This document shows, in pieces, positions 38,399-48,341 of a stretch of DNA of 64,000 nt. Below the pieces are notes generated by a model. The model ran no database searches and was not told where the DNA came from. It was given only the letters and a program-made list of their open reading frames with translations. The stretch lies in NCBI GenBank assembly GCA_045116995.1, contig JBGUMU010000031.1, positions 6,108-70,107 of the forward strand. Reading direction: 5' to 3'. Position 1 is the stretch's first letter; the number at the start of each line of letters is the position of its first letter. The DNA comes from Bacilli bacterium. Lineage in GTDB: Bacteria; Bacillota_I; Bacilli_A; RFN20; CAG-826. A program made the position numbers and the translations under genes.

Positions 38399-41353
38399 AT
38401 TCTTTTTCTCTTCTTTTTGCTTCTTTGCATCATAACAAGCTTTGCGCTTGTCAAATTTCTTTATGGCTTTAATTGTTCTACCATATCTCCAATTAGTTAA
38501 GCCTTTTTTACGATGCATCTTGATTGTCTTGTTATCGAAATCTTCAATGTCGATTTTAGAAGCACTAATTCTAATAATGGAGTAAGAATCAATATGCTCT
38601 TCACCATAAGTCTTAACATAGTCTTCCTTAGTTTCACCATTATTAAGAGTGTGGCAGAGTTCAATGCCGTGAGAAGCTAATGCTATTTCAAAATACTTGT
38701 TAACTTCATTTTCATCCTTTTTGCCAGTACCCCATCTATTAATCTCTATTAATTCAGCATCTAATTCACGTGTTATTTTTGCAAGCGAATCCAAATTCAC
38801 ATTATTAATATATGCGATAATTGTGTCGTTTATTTCAATCTCTGTGAAATTCTTCTTTTCATCTTCTGCTGGCACGCTTTTGACGACATAATCATTGATG
38901 TCAAAGAATAACAATCTCACCCTGTTGTTATCTGATAATTGTTTCAAAACTTTAGAGACGGTGTCGATGTCATTGCTAAAGACAAGTTTCTTAGCTTTTT
39001 CTTTTCTTTCATCGTCATTCTTAAAAATGTCATAAATTTTACCCAAGCCTTCGTTTGTGGTCATGCAAACGTGATTAGTCTTAGTTGGATTTTTAGTTTT
39101 CATACTTTTTTGATTAAAATCACTTTTCTTGAGCTGGCCATATCTATTAATGCCATATTCAGTTGCTAACCACCTGTTGTGTTCCATATATGCTAATAGT
39201 CTAACTTTTTGATTGAATGGATGTTCATCCGTATCAAGCTCTGGATAATCTTCTTTTGCAACTTCAAAAATTGTTTCGACCACTTTACTATCAACAGGGA
39301 TGTTATTCTTGTCTACGATTAGACCTTTTCTATTCAATTTATAGTCCAAAATGTTCAATTTTGATTTAAGGGAATAGGCAGTAGAAGTGTTAGCAAGGAC
39401 TTCTTTTTTGTCAACGAAAAGCCATGAAAGGTTTTCTCTAACTGGTGTCCATTCAGATATTTGGCCTTCCCAATAAGCACCGTATGCTGCTTTGCCGTTA
39501 TCCACTAATCGCTTGTAATCGGTATCAATAAAGTGTGCCATATTTGTGTCTTCGCCAAAGATAATAATTGGTATGAGTGGTTTATTGTTTTTATCCATAT
39601 GTTCAATACTTAAAGAACTCTTTTGATCAAAGACAAATTTGTTTGCATCCATTAATCCTTTAGCAATTAATTCATCACCTATACGCACATAAATTCGAGC
39701 ATTCTTCAACTCATCTTCTTTAAATGTTTTGATTAATATTTCACGTAAGTTAAAGGCAATACGAATATCTTGGTTTGTAGTAGCGGCAGAAACAATAAAT
39801 AGTTCCAAGCCATCTTTGACAAAGCGATTTTTATCACGTTCGTTCTCGGCTTTGTTTCTACTTTCTAATAGTTCTTCAAAATGCTTTTTTAAAGACTCGT
39901 ATGCTGTTAAGTCTACGCCATCACACTTTGCGTCAACTGTATATAGGAGCGGTTTATCAAAATAGTCTTCCTCAGTAGTGACATTATCTGTGTATTCGTT
40001 TTTTAATTGATCAACTATTTTGTTTGAATTTAAATCATAGATGAAATAGTGCATCTTATGTGTGTTGTCTTCTGAGTTTTGATAAGCAAAAGTCATCTTC
40101 TTAAAGATTGGTCTATTGATATTACCAAAACCAAAGAAGGAAACGTTTAAACCATCAGATTCTTTTTGCTTGCCATTAACCAAAGCGCATAAAGGATTAC
40201 TTAAAATAAACTCAGAAGAAACCATATCGTATTGTGAAAGTGTGTTCACTATATGGAATGTCTGTCCTGAGAAATTGTTAACTATATCGATATCATGATC
40301 CTGATAGGTGATAAACACTTTGAAATTATTTATGACCTCTAAATCTTTTTCTTTCTTTGCGTCACTAATCTTGGTGTAGTCTCTGGCGCCTTCGTTTGAT
40401 TCGTTTCTTAAACTAAAATAATCTTTGAATTCCTTTTGCAAACATTTATTTTCCAAAATACCTGCAGTGAAGTTAGATGCTAAAGTAATAGAGGCATCAT
40501 CATTATCAAATAAACCGTAGATGGTTACTTTACGATTACGGTACCATCTCCAAAGGAACCATCTCTTTTGATAATTTCTATTAAAGAACTTCTTAAATAG
40601 GTAAGCACATAAGTTTTTACTAAAACCTTCGCTTCTTACATCGAAACCTTCGTTAATGAGCATATCTCTATATTCAGTGCCTTCCTGTGTTTTTAAAGAG
40701 GCCTTTGTGACATACATAACGACAGCATGCTTTTTGCTTTTTAAGGCATGTCCTAATCTTTTAGTAGCATTAGCGACTTTCGCATCAGAGAAAATGTAAT
40801 AAAGTTCTGTTTTAGGCAATAAGAGTTTAAAGAAGTTAGAAGCCTTCGCGAAGTTATTCTTGAAGAAGAACAAAATAACAGAAATAGAAGTAGTGGCCAA
40901 ACTGAATAATGATGTTATGTAAAACATCACACCAAATGTTTGATGCCATCCAGTGATATTCTCTCCAGTGAAGAATGCTCCGATAGCGTCTCTGTCGAAT
41001 GTTAAAGTCATCATTCTTACTGCACCTGTAACCGCATCGAAAAAAATGGCTCCGCCATCACTGAATGATACGTTCTTATTTGTCACTATTTGTGTGTATG
41101 AATTATAGACACTATATGAGCTTTGAGGATTACTGCTTTGAGCAACTGCTTGTTCAACGCCATTGTATGATTTAACATCAATAGCGTTTAAATTAACGGC
41201 TAGCATCATAAGGAAACAAAGTAAGAATGCTCCCCCGATATATAAAAGGACATTGCCTACATATTTGTATTTAGCGTATCGAAAAATAAAAAGAGCCGCC
41301 AAAATAAGCATCGTTATCGGTGCGATGAAAACCATTGCTATTATCATGTTCAT
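38378..41353 (-). CDS. Large membrane protein: N-terminal TM region, central Rossmann-like modules, RyR-like domain, unknown C-terminal domain
   Basis: 991-aa ORF. TM helices lie in the first ~170 aa. FFGFGNINRPIF is a glycine-rich Rossmann-like segment. YMEHNRWLATEYG...NHVCMTTNEGL resembles the bacterial RyR-domain core (EHxRW...H.xxxxxxxL). Confidence 0.5.
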   Translation of the reverse strand: MNMIIAMVFIAPITMLILAALFIFRYAKYKYVGNVLLYIGGAFLLCFLMMLAVNLNAIDVKSYNGVEQAVAQSSNPQSSYSVYNSYTQIVTNKNVSFSDGGAIFFDAVTGAVRMMTLTFDRDAIGAFFTGENITGWHQTFGVMFYITSLFSLATTSISVILFFFKNNFAKASNFFKLLLPKTELYYIFSDAKVANATKRLGHALKSKKHAVVMYVTKASLKTQEGTEYRDMLINEGFDVRSEGFSKNLCAYLFKKFFNRNYQKRWFLWRWYRNRKVTIYGLFDNDDASITLASNFTAGILENKCLQKEFKDYFSLRNESNEGARDYTKISDAKKEKDLEVINNFKVFITYQDHDIDIVNNFSGQTFHIVNTLSQYDMVSSEFILSNPLCALVNGKQKESDGLNVSFFGFGNINRPIFKKMTFAYQNSEDNTHKMHYFIYDLNSNKIVDQLKNEYTDNVTTEEDYFDKPLLYTVDAKCDGVDLTAYESLKKHFEELLESRNKAENERDKNRFVKDGLELFIVSAATTNQDIRIAFNLREILIKTFKEDELKNARIYVRIGDELIAKGLMDANKFVFDQKSSLSIEHMDKNNKPLIPIIIFGEDTNMAHFIDTDYKRLVDNGKAAYGAYWEGQISEWTPVRENLSWLFVDKKEVLANTSTAYSLKSKLNILDYKLNRKGLIVDKNNIPVDSKVVETIFEVAKEDYPELDTDEHPFNQKVRLLAYMEHNRWLATEYGINRYGQLKKSDFNQKSMKTKNPTKTNHVCMTTNEGLGKIYDIFKNDDERKEKAKKLVFSNDIDTVSKVLKQLSDNNRVRLLFFDINDYVVKSVPAEDEKKNFTEIEINDTIIAYINNVNLDSLAKITRELDAELIEINRWGTGKKDENEVNKYFEIALASHGIELCHTLNNGETKEDYVKTYGEEHIDSYSIIRISASKIDIEDFDNKTIKMHRKKGLTNWRYGRTIKAIKKFDKRKACYDAKKQKEEKKNKKKQED

Positions 41354-41453
41354 AGTAGATTCCTCGGATAAATTATATATTACATCTTACTATCTAGTCA
41401 TTACGTAAATTTGTGCACGTGTGTTTATGGTTGTATGCTAAAATACAATTGAT

Positions 41454-42029
41454 ATGAATCGTGAAACAAAAATAAAAATAATCGCTCGCAGTTTTGATCT
41501 TGTTGAAGACATTGTGTGTAAATGTTTTAAGACAACAGAAGAAGCTACCAGAGCTGCAATTAAAACAGAGGTTTTAGAGCGTTATGAAAAAATCGGTGAT
41601 GACGTTGTTGAAAAGACCTCTCTTATGGAAGCATATAAAAAGCTAGAAGCAATGGATTATTATGAACTGGCAGAATTGGTTGAACTATTAGGTGGTGTTG
41701 AGGATTCTGATGAAGAAAAAAGCCTAAGAGAAAAGTTTTATTTCACTGAATATGGCGACAAGTTTGTACTATACGACGATAAAGGCGAACCAATACGTTA
41801 CATAATGAAATTAAGATTCGTTCATAAAGAAAGAGACTTTTGCATGGCTGTTAGCTTTGCCAATCTCGAGATTGATGATTGCTGTCCTGATTGTGACTTC
41901 TTTGAATTTATCATGGGAGAACATCTTGAGGATGATAAAATGATTGAAGTGACAGATGAAGATTTGATTCAGGAATTAAGTGATGTAGTAGCGGATATTT
42001 ACAACAATAGTGATGATGACGAGGATTAA
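41454..42029 (+). CDS. Acidic hypothetical protein with DUF1292-like C-terminal half
   Basis: FVLYDDKGEPIRYIMKLRFVHKERDFCMAV...FFEF...DDKMIEVTDEDLIQELSDVV resembles the DUF1292 pattern (DEeGne..feil..f...gk.Y.vl...e.e.e.v). Poly-acidic tail. Confidence 0.4.
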   Translation: MNRETKIKIIARSFDLVEDIVCKCFKTTEEATRAAIKTEVLERYEKIGDDVVEKTSLMEAYKKLEAMDYYELAELVELLGGVEDSDEEKSLREKFYFTEYGDKFVLYDDKGEPIRYIMKLRFVHKERDFCMAVSFANLEIDDCCPDCDFFEFIMGEHLEDDKMIEVTDEDLIQELSDVVADIYNNSDDDED

Positions 42030-42032
42030 AAT

Positions 42033-42317
42033 ATGAATAAATATATACCTTCCCCAATAGATTTAAGTAAAGTTGAACTTCCAAATGATATTTCTTCTTT
42101 AGTGGAATTAATTGCTAAAAACGTCCACGAAGTCTGGGCGGACGCTAGAGTTAAAGAAGGATGGACGTACGGAGAACATAAAGATTCCATCAAAAAAACA
42201 ACTCCTTGTTTAGTGCCTTATGAAGAACTACCAGAAGAAGAAAAAGAGTACGATAGAAAAACTGCTCTTGAAACAATAAAACTAATTATCAAATTGGGAT
42301 ATAAAATTGAAAAATAG
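42033..42317 (+). CDS. Stand-alone RyR (ryanodine-receptor repeat) domain protein
   Basis: LIAKNVHEVWADARVKEGWTYGEHKDSIKKTTPCLVPYEELPEEEKEYDRKTALETIKLI is a near-textbook bacterial RyR-domain sequence. Confidence 0.8.
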   Translation: MNKYIPSPIDLSKVELPNDISSLVELIAKNVHEVWADARVKEGWTYGEHKDSIKKTTPCLVPYEELPEEEKEYDRKTALETIKLIIKLGYKIEK

Positions 42318-42339
42318 ATAAATGGTATTTGATTGAATT

Positions 42340-42370
42340 GTGTATGCTGTGAACATACCTTTTCTTTTTG
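42340..42370 (+). terminator. Possible intrinsic terminator
   Basis: GTATG-ctgtgaa-CATAC(C) followed by TTTTCTTTTT. Confidence 0.45.
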
Positions 42371-42448
42371 ACACTTTTTAAACAATAATCTTTGAAGAAA
42401 ACAAAGTTTTATTTTTGCTCTTACTAATTATTATGTATATTAAAAGTA

Positions 42449-44713
42449 ATGAAACTACATAATGCTTATATATTTATTTCATCCACTTTTACTGATATGG
42501 CCAGTGAAAGAGATTTAGTCATGTATGAGATATATCCTGAGCTTGAAAAGTGGGGGAAATCACACGGCATAAATATCAATATAGTGGATTTAAGATGGGG
42601 CATTACTGAAGAACAGGCAAAAGCATTGCACCACACAATTAAGTTATGCTTAATGAAAGTTAATGAAGCCGATCCATTATTTATTTCCTTTTTAGGCGAT
42701 AGATATGGATGGCCACCAACCGAGGAAGACTTTAACAGTGAGATTATCGGCAAAAATATCGATGATTATGTTGGTAAAGACATCTCTGCAACGGAGCTAG
42801 AAATATTACAAGCCCTCTATAACACTTTTTATGATGGCAGTAAGAAAGATTGTTTATTTTTTATTAGGGATATGAGCAAATTATCTATTCCTGATCAGAT
42901 GAAACCTATTTTCAAAGATGAAAGATGTGATGCTGCGAAAGCCTTACAAGAAAGAATTAAAACAAATTACAAAGATAGCACGTTTACTTATCAAGTGGAA
43001 TTCGATACCACTAGAAAAATAAGATACTCAAACAATTGTGAGTACTACCCACTTTACAATTTTGTGTATAACGGTAAACAACTTAAAGACTTCATTATCG
43101 ACAAAGTTAAAGAGTCTTTAAGAAATAAATATCATATTGATGAGAGTATTGAATGCAAAGTAAATTCTAACGACTACATTATTGCTAAGTACAAAGAATC
43201 GGTTCCAATACCTTCTATCGATAATGCCTTAATAGAAATGATAGAAAACACTAAATATTCTAATCAGGGTTTATTTTTGCGCTCTGGGAACGGCAAAACA
43301 TCCGCCATTGCAAGATTAGTTTATAACAATGATAAATATGATTATCTTGTTAGGTTTATGGGCTTTGATGTTGACTCTAACGATTATCATCTACTAGCAA
43401 AATCTATTGCGTTAGAAATAAAAGACAGGTACAAATTAGAAGCTGCTCCTGAAGATAAATATGAAGAATATATCCAATATATCAACGACTTCTTTAAAAA
43501 TCATCAATTCAAAAAGAAACTAGTGATTATCATTGATGGCATTAATGAAGTGAAATCATTGTATAACGATTGGAGGCTATTCTTTGATTGTTTGAAAGTG
43601 GACAAACTAATATTCACTTCTACCACAATACCTTCTAATTTAGTAAGGGAAAGTGACGTTGTTATTGATTCTTTATCTTATGATGAAGTTAATGATATTT
43701 TGGCGTTTATTTTAAAAAGAGAAGCTAAGTCATTATCCCCTAACATGTTGGATAAGATTATTAAGTCTGCAAATAACGAATTAACCAAGGCTAATTATAT
43801 TCTTTACTATTTAAAACGCTTTAGTGTTCATGAAAAACTAGAAGAAACGATTAATGACTTAATCAAACTTCCGACATTCAACGTTATTCATAAAACATAC
43901 TGTGAACTCATGAAGGTTCAATCCGAAAGATGCGATCCAGGAATGCTAGATACAATCATGATCATTTTGTCATTGTCTCCAAATGGTTGTGACCTTCATA
44001 TGCTAAAAAGAATCATTCGTCATTTCTATAGACTCAGCAATGACTCAATCAGCAATTTGGATTATTCAATTCAATTTGTGAAGAATTTCGTTAATGAATT
44101 CTTATTAGATGTAAATGATAGATTATATATTGTCGATCCTTGGTTAAAAGACTATGTTTCTAGAACTTTGTATGAAAACGATATTGTTCAATTATTTAAC
44201 ACCTCGACAATAATCTTCCTTGAATACTTAGAGGCAATAGAAAAAGGTGATTTCAAAAATATCAGTGATAAGGATTTTATCAATATAGATTATGTCTTAG
44301 GTTTTATGCCGAAAAATACAATCGCTGCCGCCCCAATGAGTTTCTACATCCATCCAGAATTCTTATACCAATGTTTATCTAAACGCGGTAGAAAAAACAC
44401 GAACTCTATGTATCGCATGATTATTCAAAAGTCTCGTGGAATTGATTATATAGAAGATGGCTTTATTCTTGATGAAAAAGCTAAAGCTTTCAAAATACAA
44501 GAAGATTTATCTTTCAAGGTGCTTCTTAGGGATATGCAGGATACATTTTATTCAAAAGTATACCGCTTCCTATTGGATTTAGATGAAGAAGTTATTAAAG
44601 ATAAAGATTTGTTCTTTGCAAGATACATAAACACTTTTAAAGATTACGCTTTCCAAGACACTTTTATGACTGAGAATTTCGAATATCTGCTTAAGCTTTA
44701 TAGGAGAGAATAA
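42449..44713 (+). CDS. DUF4062 (TIR-like) - STAND NTPase protein
   Basis: AYIFISSTFTDMASERDL...VDLRWGITEEQ...LCL...PLFISFLGDRYGWPP...SATELEIL matches the DUF4062 module seen in NWD1-type proteins. P-loop RSGNGKTS, Walker B LVIIIDGINEV. Helical C-terminal half. Confidence 0.75.
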   Translation: MKLHNAYIFISSTFTDMASERDLVMYEIYPELEKWGKSHGININIVDLRWGITEEQAKALHHTIKLCLMKVNEADPLFISFLGDRYGWPPTEEDFNSEIIGKNIDDYVGKDISATELEILQALYNTFYDGSKKDCLFFIRDMSKLSIPDQMKPIFKDERCDAAKALQERIKTNYKDSTFTYQVEFDTTRKIRYSNNCEYYPLYNFVYNGKQLKDFIIDKVKESLRNKYHIDESIECKVNSNDYIIAKYKESVPIPSIDNALIEMIENTKYSNQGLFLRSGNGKTSAIARLVYNNDKYDYLVRFMGFDVDSNDYHLLAKSIALEIKDRYKLEAAPEDKYEEYIQYINDFFKNHQFKKKLVIIIDGINEVKSLYNDWRLFFDCLKVDKLIFTSTTIPSNLVRESDVVIDSLSYDEVNDILAFILKREAKSLSPNMLDKIIKSANNELTKANYILYYLKRFSVHEKLEETINDLIKLPTFNVIHKTYCELMKVQSERCDPGMLDTIMIILSLSPNGCDLHMLKRIIRHFYRLSNDSISNLDYSIQFVKNFVNEFLLDVNDRLYIVDPWLKDYVSRTLYENDIVQLFNTSTIIFLEYLEAIEKGDFKNISDKDFINIDYVLGFMPKNTIAAAPMSFYIHPEFLYQCLSKRGRKNTNSMYRMIIQKSRGIDYIEDGFILDEKAKAFKIQEDLSFKVLLRDMQDTFYSKVYRFLLDLDEEVIKDKDLFFARYINTFKDYAFQDTFMTENFEYLLKLYRRE

Positions 44714-44714
44714 T

Positions 44715-45563
44715 ATGCCAAACGCTACTGTTAAACTAAACGAAAAATTTGCCTTCAAAAAAGAGTTTACCACCTATGTTAGAGAAACCATTTATACTTA
44801 CCAAGATGGAAATATTTATGTTATTGATTGCAGTGATGGTTTGGTGACACAAGTTATCAATGTCGATTTCATCAAAAATCCAATCAGATGTTATTACTTC
44901 GATAGATATGTCTATGTTTATAACTACGAAGATATCGCTTATTACGATGTTGTCAATCGCACAGTTGGCACTAAAAAGATGCGCCACAGCAGTAGCAACA
45001 TTGTTTACTCAAGCTTTTCAGAATTTAAACACACCTTAATCATTTATAGCAACTTAACTGTGGACATTTATAATGACAAACTTGATTTAGTTAAAGTTAC
45101 TACCATTGATAAAGATCTATACAACGATTTTGAGCAAGCTATTGTTTTAGCTCATGATTTTGACAACATTGCTGGATTTATAACCATCCAAAAGAGTGGT
45201 GCTGTATTCATTAAAATGCTTGCTAATAACCAAGTCGGACTTTGGGCTATTATGGATGGCTATAATGGTGATAAGTCCGCAATATATCAACCATATCCGG
45301 GATATTTGTACTATAAAACAAAGAGTGGCGTCATGCGCTATAGACTTGGACAACAAAATAGTGCCACTCTGTTGCCTGGTGTTATAGAAGTTCTTAATCC
45401 ATCATACAGATTTTTTGCATTCCTAGTAATTGGCAACCAACTGGTCATCAATAATCACATTTATAAAACTATTAAATTGCCAGTAAAACTATTCGGACAG
45501 CATAATCAAGAATTAATAGTAGTTGATGCGGATAATGTGTTGCACAATTTAACCGGAGAATAA
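44715..45563 (+). CDS. Beta-rich hypothetical protein, possible 7-bladed beta-propeller; translationally coupled partner of the DUF4062-STAND
   Basis: ATG lies 1 nt after the upstream TAA. About seven recurrences, roughly 40 aa apart, of hydrophobic beta-hairpin-like segments (IYVIDCSDGLV, VYVYNYEDIAYYDV, LIIYSNLTVDIYN, GFITIQKSGAVFI, YLYYKTKSGVMRY, FLVIGNQLVIN, ELIVVDADNVLHN). Confidence 0.35.
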   Translation: MPNATVKLNEKFAFKKEFTTYVRETIYTYQDGNIYVIDCSDGLVTQVINVDFIKNPIRCYYFDRYVYVYNYEDIAYYDVVNRTVGTKKMRHSSSNIVYSSFSEFKHTLIIYSNLTVDIYNDKLDLVKVTTIDKDLYNDFEQAIVLAHDFDNIAGFITIQKSGAVFIKMLANNQVGLWAIMDGYNGDKSAIYQPYPGYLYYKTKSGVMRYRLGQQNSATLLPGVIEVLNPSYRFFAFLVIGNQLVINNHIYKTIKLPVKLFGQHNQELIVVDADNVLHNLTGE

Positions 45564-45697
45564 AAGAAATACTCACTTTATAAAACGTGTTTTAAAGGAG
45601 CTAAAACGCTTTTATTAGTAAATATTCTAATAACACTTATTCTTTGCTAGAATATTACTGAATTTATTGAACTAATAATATCTAAGAGGTAGTCATT

Positions 45698-47002
45698 ATG
45701 GAACATGATGTTTTTATTTCATATAACACTAGGATGAAAAATGTCGCTGATCAAATTGTCAGCACATTAGAGGCCAATGGTATTAAATGCTGGTATGCTC
45801 CTAGAGATGTAATGGGGGATTATGCCACTAGTATTTGTGATGCTATCGAGGCTGCAAAAGTATTCATTGTTCTATTAGACAACACTGGCTCCAAATCACC
45901 ACATGTCCTAAACGAAGTTGAAATGGCCTATAAACGCATTATCGAAGATGATGCCGAATTAACAATCCTTCCTTTCAAACTCGATAAAGAAGAATTATCT
46001 AAGGCCATGCAATATTATATCCATCGCATGCACTGGATTGATGCTTCTAATAACAACATCAACGATGCGATTGATGAATTGCTCCAAAAGATTAATACGA
46101 TTTTAAAACCTACTAAATCAGTCTCACCTAAAAAGCGTGAAGCTAACACTATGTATGAACACGCTTCAGAACAAGAACTCAAAAGACTAAAGGTGCAAGA
46201 AAGAATTCTCCATAGATTCGATGGAGATTTGTACTTTGACTATTCAAAAGAATTTGAAGAATTAAACGTCTTAGATATTGGCTGTAATGATGGTACTTAT
46301 ATGAGCGAATCACTTAGACATATTGATAAACCATATACATTACTTGGCTTAGATTTTAATAAAGCCAGCATTGAGAAAGCACAAAACACAATCAAAGATG
46401 AGAATAAGACATTTAAGTACGCGAATGTCGAACATGAAGACGAATTAGATGCCGCAATTAATAGTTACTTGATTGAAAGAGGTCTTCCTGGTTTCAATAT
46501 CATCAATATTTCGTTCTTACTATTACATTTATCTAATCCAGAACTTTTATTGAAGAGAGTAAGAAAATATTTAGTCAAAGGTGGATACATTCTCATTAAA
46601 GATGTTGATGATAACTTTGAAGTTGCCTATCCAGACGCTAATGGTTATTTCGAAAAGATGAAAGAACTCTCAATCGCCGATTCTAAATTAGGTGGTTATC
46701 GTTTAACCGGTAGACAAATACCGTATATGCTATCTAAAACAGGATATAACAGCATCAAACTACTCAAACAAGGAATAAATACTTTAGGTATGGATTACGA
46801 CGAAAAAGAAGACTTCTTTGATATGAGATTTGGTTATTTCGAAGAAGACTATACTTCTATGAGTGAATCCAATCCAAATGATAAATACGCTAGTAGTGGT
46901 CTAGCATGGATAAAAGAGCACTATGACGAGTTAGAAGAAGAATTCACTGAAGATCATTTCTTCTATAACTTTGGCATTGTCCTATTTGTGGCTAAAAGAT
47001 AA
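45698..47002 (+). CDS. TIR domain - class I SAM-dependent methyltransferase fusion protein
   Basis: TIR: HDVFISYNTRMKNVADQIV..GIKCWYAPRDV..G.Y...I.DAIEAAKVFIVLL...SKSPHVLNEVEMA. MTase motif I VLDIGCNDGTY and later GGYILIKDVDD. RBS AAGAGG. Confidence 0.8.
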   Translation: MEHDVFISYNTRMKNVADQIVSTLEANGIKCWYAPRDVMGDYATSICDAIEAAKVFIVLLDNTGSKSPHVLNEVEMAYKRIIEDDAELTILPFKLDKEELSKAMQYYIHRMHWIDASNNNINDAIDELLQKINTILKPTKSVSPKKREANTMYEHASEQELKRLKVQERILHRFDGDLYFDYSKEFEELNVLDIGCNDGTYMSESLRHIDKPYTLLGLDFNKASIEKAQNTIKDENKTFKYANVEHEDELDAAINSYLIERGLPGFNIINISFLLLHLSNPELLLKRVRKYLVKGGYILIKDVDDNFEVAYPDANGYFEKMKELSIADSKLGGYRLTGRQIPYMLSKTGYNSIKLLKQGINTLGMDYDEKEDFFDMRFGYFEEDYTSMSESNPNDKYASSGLAWIKEHYDELEEEFTEDHFFYNFGIVLFVAKR

Positions 47003-47047
47003 AAAAAGAATGTGAGTTTTAATTCGTTTTGATATAGTCTTCTATAT

Positions 47048-48205
47048 ATGAAACCGATTTCTAAACTTATCACCAATATGAAACCTTCTGGTATCAGAGA
47101 GTTCTTTAATTATGCTTCTGAAAGGCCAGAGATTACTTCCCTTGGTGTTGGTGAACCAGATTTTACAACTCCACAGCCAATTATTGACGCTGCTAAAGAG
47201 TCGTTAGATAAAGGCAAAACATTCTACACATCCAACCAAGGTTTACCTTCTTTAAGAAAAAGGATTAGTAAGTATCTACAAGATAGATTTGGAATTGACT
47301 ACAACTCAGATGAAATGATATTAACTGCAGGATCATCCCAAGGTATCCTTGCTGCTTTAATGTCCATCATTAATCCAGGCGATGAAATTATCGTTACAGA
47401 ACCAACATATATTTGCTATATCCCAGATATTGAAATGTGTGGTGGTAAAGCGGTAGTTATTCCACTTAAGGCAGAGAATAGCTTTAAGTTAACTAGAGAA
47501 GAATTAGCAAAAGCCATTACACCAAAGACAAAGGCAGTGTTCTTATCTTTCCCTAATAACCCAACAGGGGCAATTATGACTAGAGAAGATTTGAAAGAAA
47601 TCGCTCCTTTAATTTTGGAAAATGACTTATACGTAGTCAGCGATGAAATCTACGCTGAATTAACATATGGCAGAAAGCATTGTTCAATTGCTTCCTTACC
47701 AGGTTTCAAGGAAAGAACAATCTTAATCAACGGCTTCTCCAAAGCCTTTGCTATGACAGGCTGGAGATTAGGTTTTGTATGCGCTCCAAAAGATATACTT
47801 GACCAAATCCTTAAGATTCAACAATATATGACACTCAGTGCCCCTACAATGGCACAGTATGGCGCTAAAGCAGCATTAGACTTATGTATACCTGATGTTG
47901 AAGATATGGTCGCAGAATATAATCGTAGAAGAGAATACCTTTTAAGTTCATTTAAAGAACTTGGTATTGAATGTTTTAATGCTGAAGGTGCATTCTACTT
48001 ATTCCCATCTATAAAGAACTTTAAAATGTCTTCTAGAGATTTCTGCTTAAAACTATTAAACGAATATGATGTCTTAGTCGTCCCAGGTACAGCGTTTGGC
48101 GATAGTTGTGAAGGCTATATTAGAATCAGCTACGCTGCGAATATGGAGAAATTGAAAGCCTTTGTGAAATCTTTAAAGGCTTTGAAAAGTCAAATCACTA
48201 AATAA
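47048..48205 (+). CDS. Class I/II PLP-dependent aminotransferase (AspC-like)
   Basis: GVGEPDF, NNPTG, PLP-lysine context FSKAFAMTGWRLG. 385 aa. Confidence 0.85.
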   Translation: MKPISKLITNMKPSGIREFFNYASERPEITSLGVGEPDFTTPQPIIDAAKESLDKGKTFYTSNQGLPSLRKRISKYLQDRFGIDYNSDEMILTAGSSQGILAALMSIINPGDEIIVTEPTYICYIPDIEMCGGKAVVIPLKAENSFKLTREELAKAITPKTKAVFLSFPNNPTGAIMTREDLKEIAPLILENDLYVVSDEIYAELTYGRKHCSIASLPGFKERTILINGFSKAFAMTGWRLGFVCAPKDILDQILKIQQYMTLSAPTMAQYGAKAALDLCIPDVEDMVAEYNRRREYLLSSFKELGIECFNAEGAFYLFPSIKNFKMSSRDFCLKLLNEYDVLVVPGTAFGDSCEGYIRISYAANMEKLKAFVKSLKALKSQITK

Positions 48206-48341
48206 ATATTGCTAGGCACAAAACATTTTTTAAAAATATTACTGTGATTTAGTAACATTTTTGAATTAATGTAACATAAATACAGCGAGCATAAAAAATG
48301 CGTGATAAAGTCATGCTTTTTATTGCTATAATCCTTTTATT

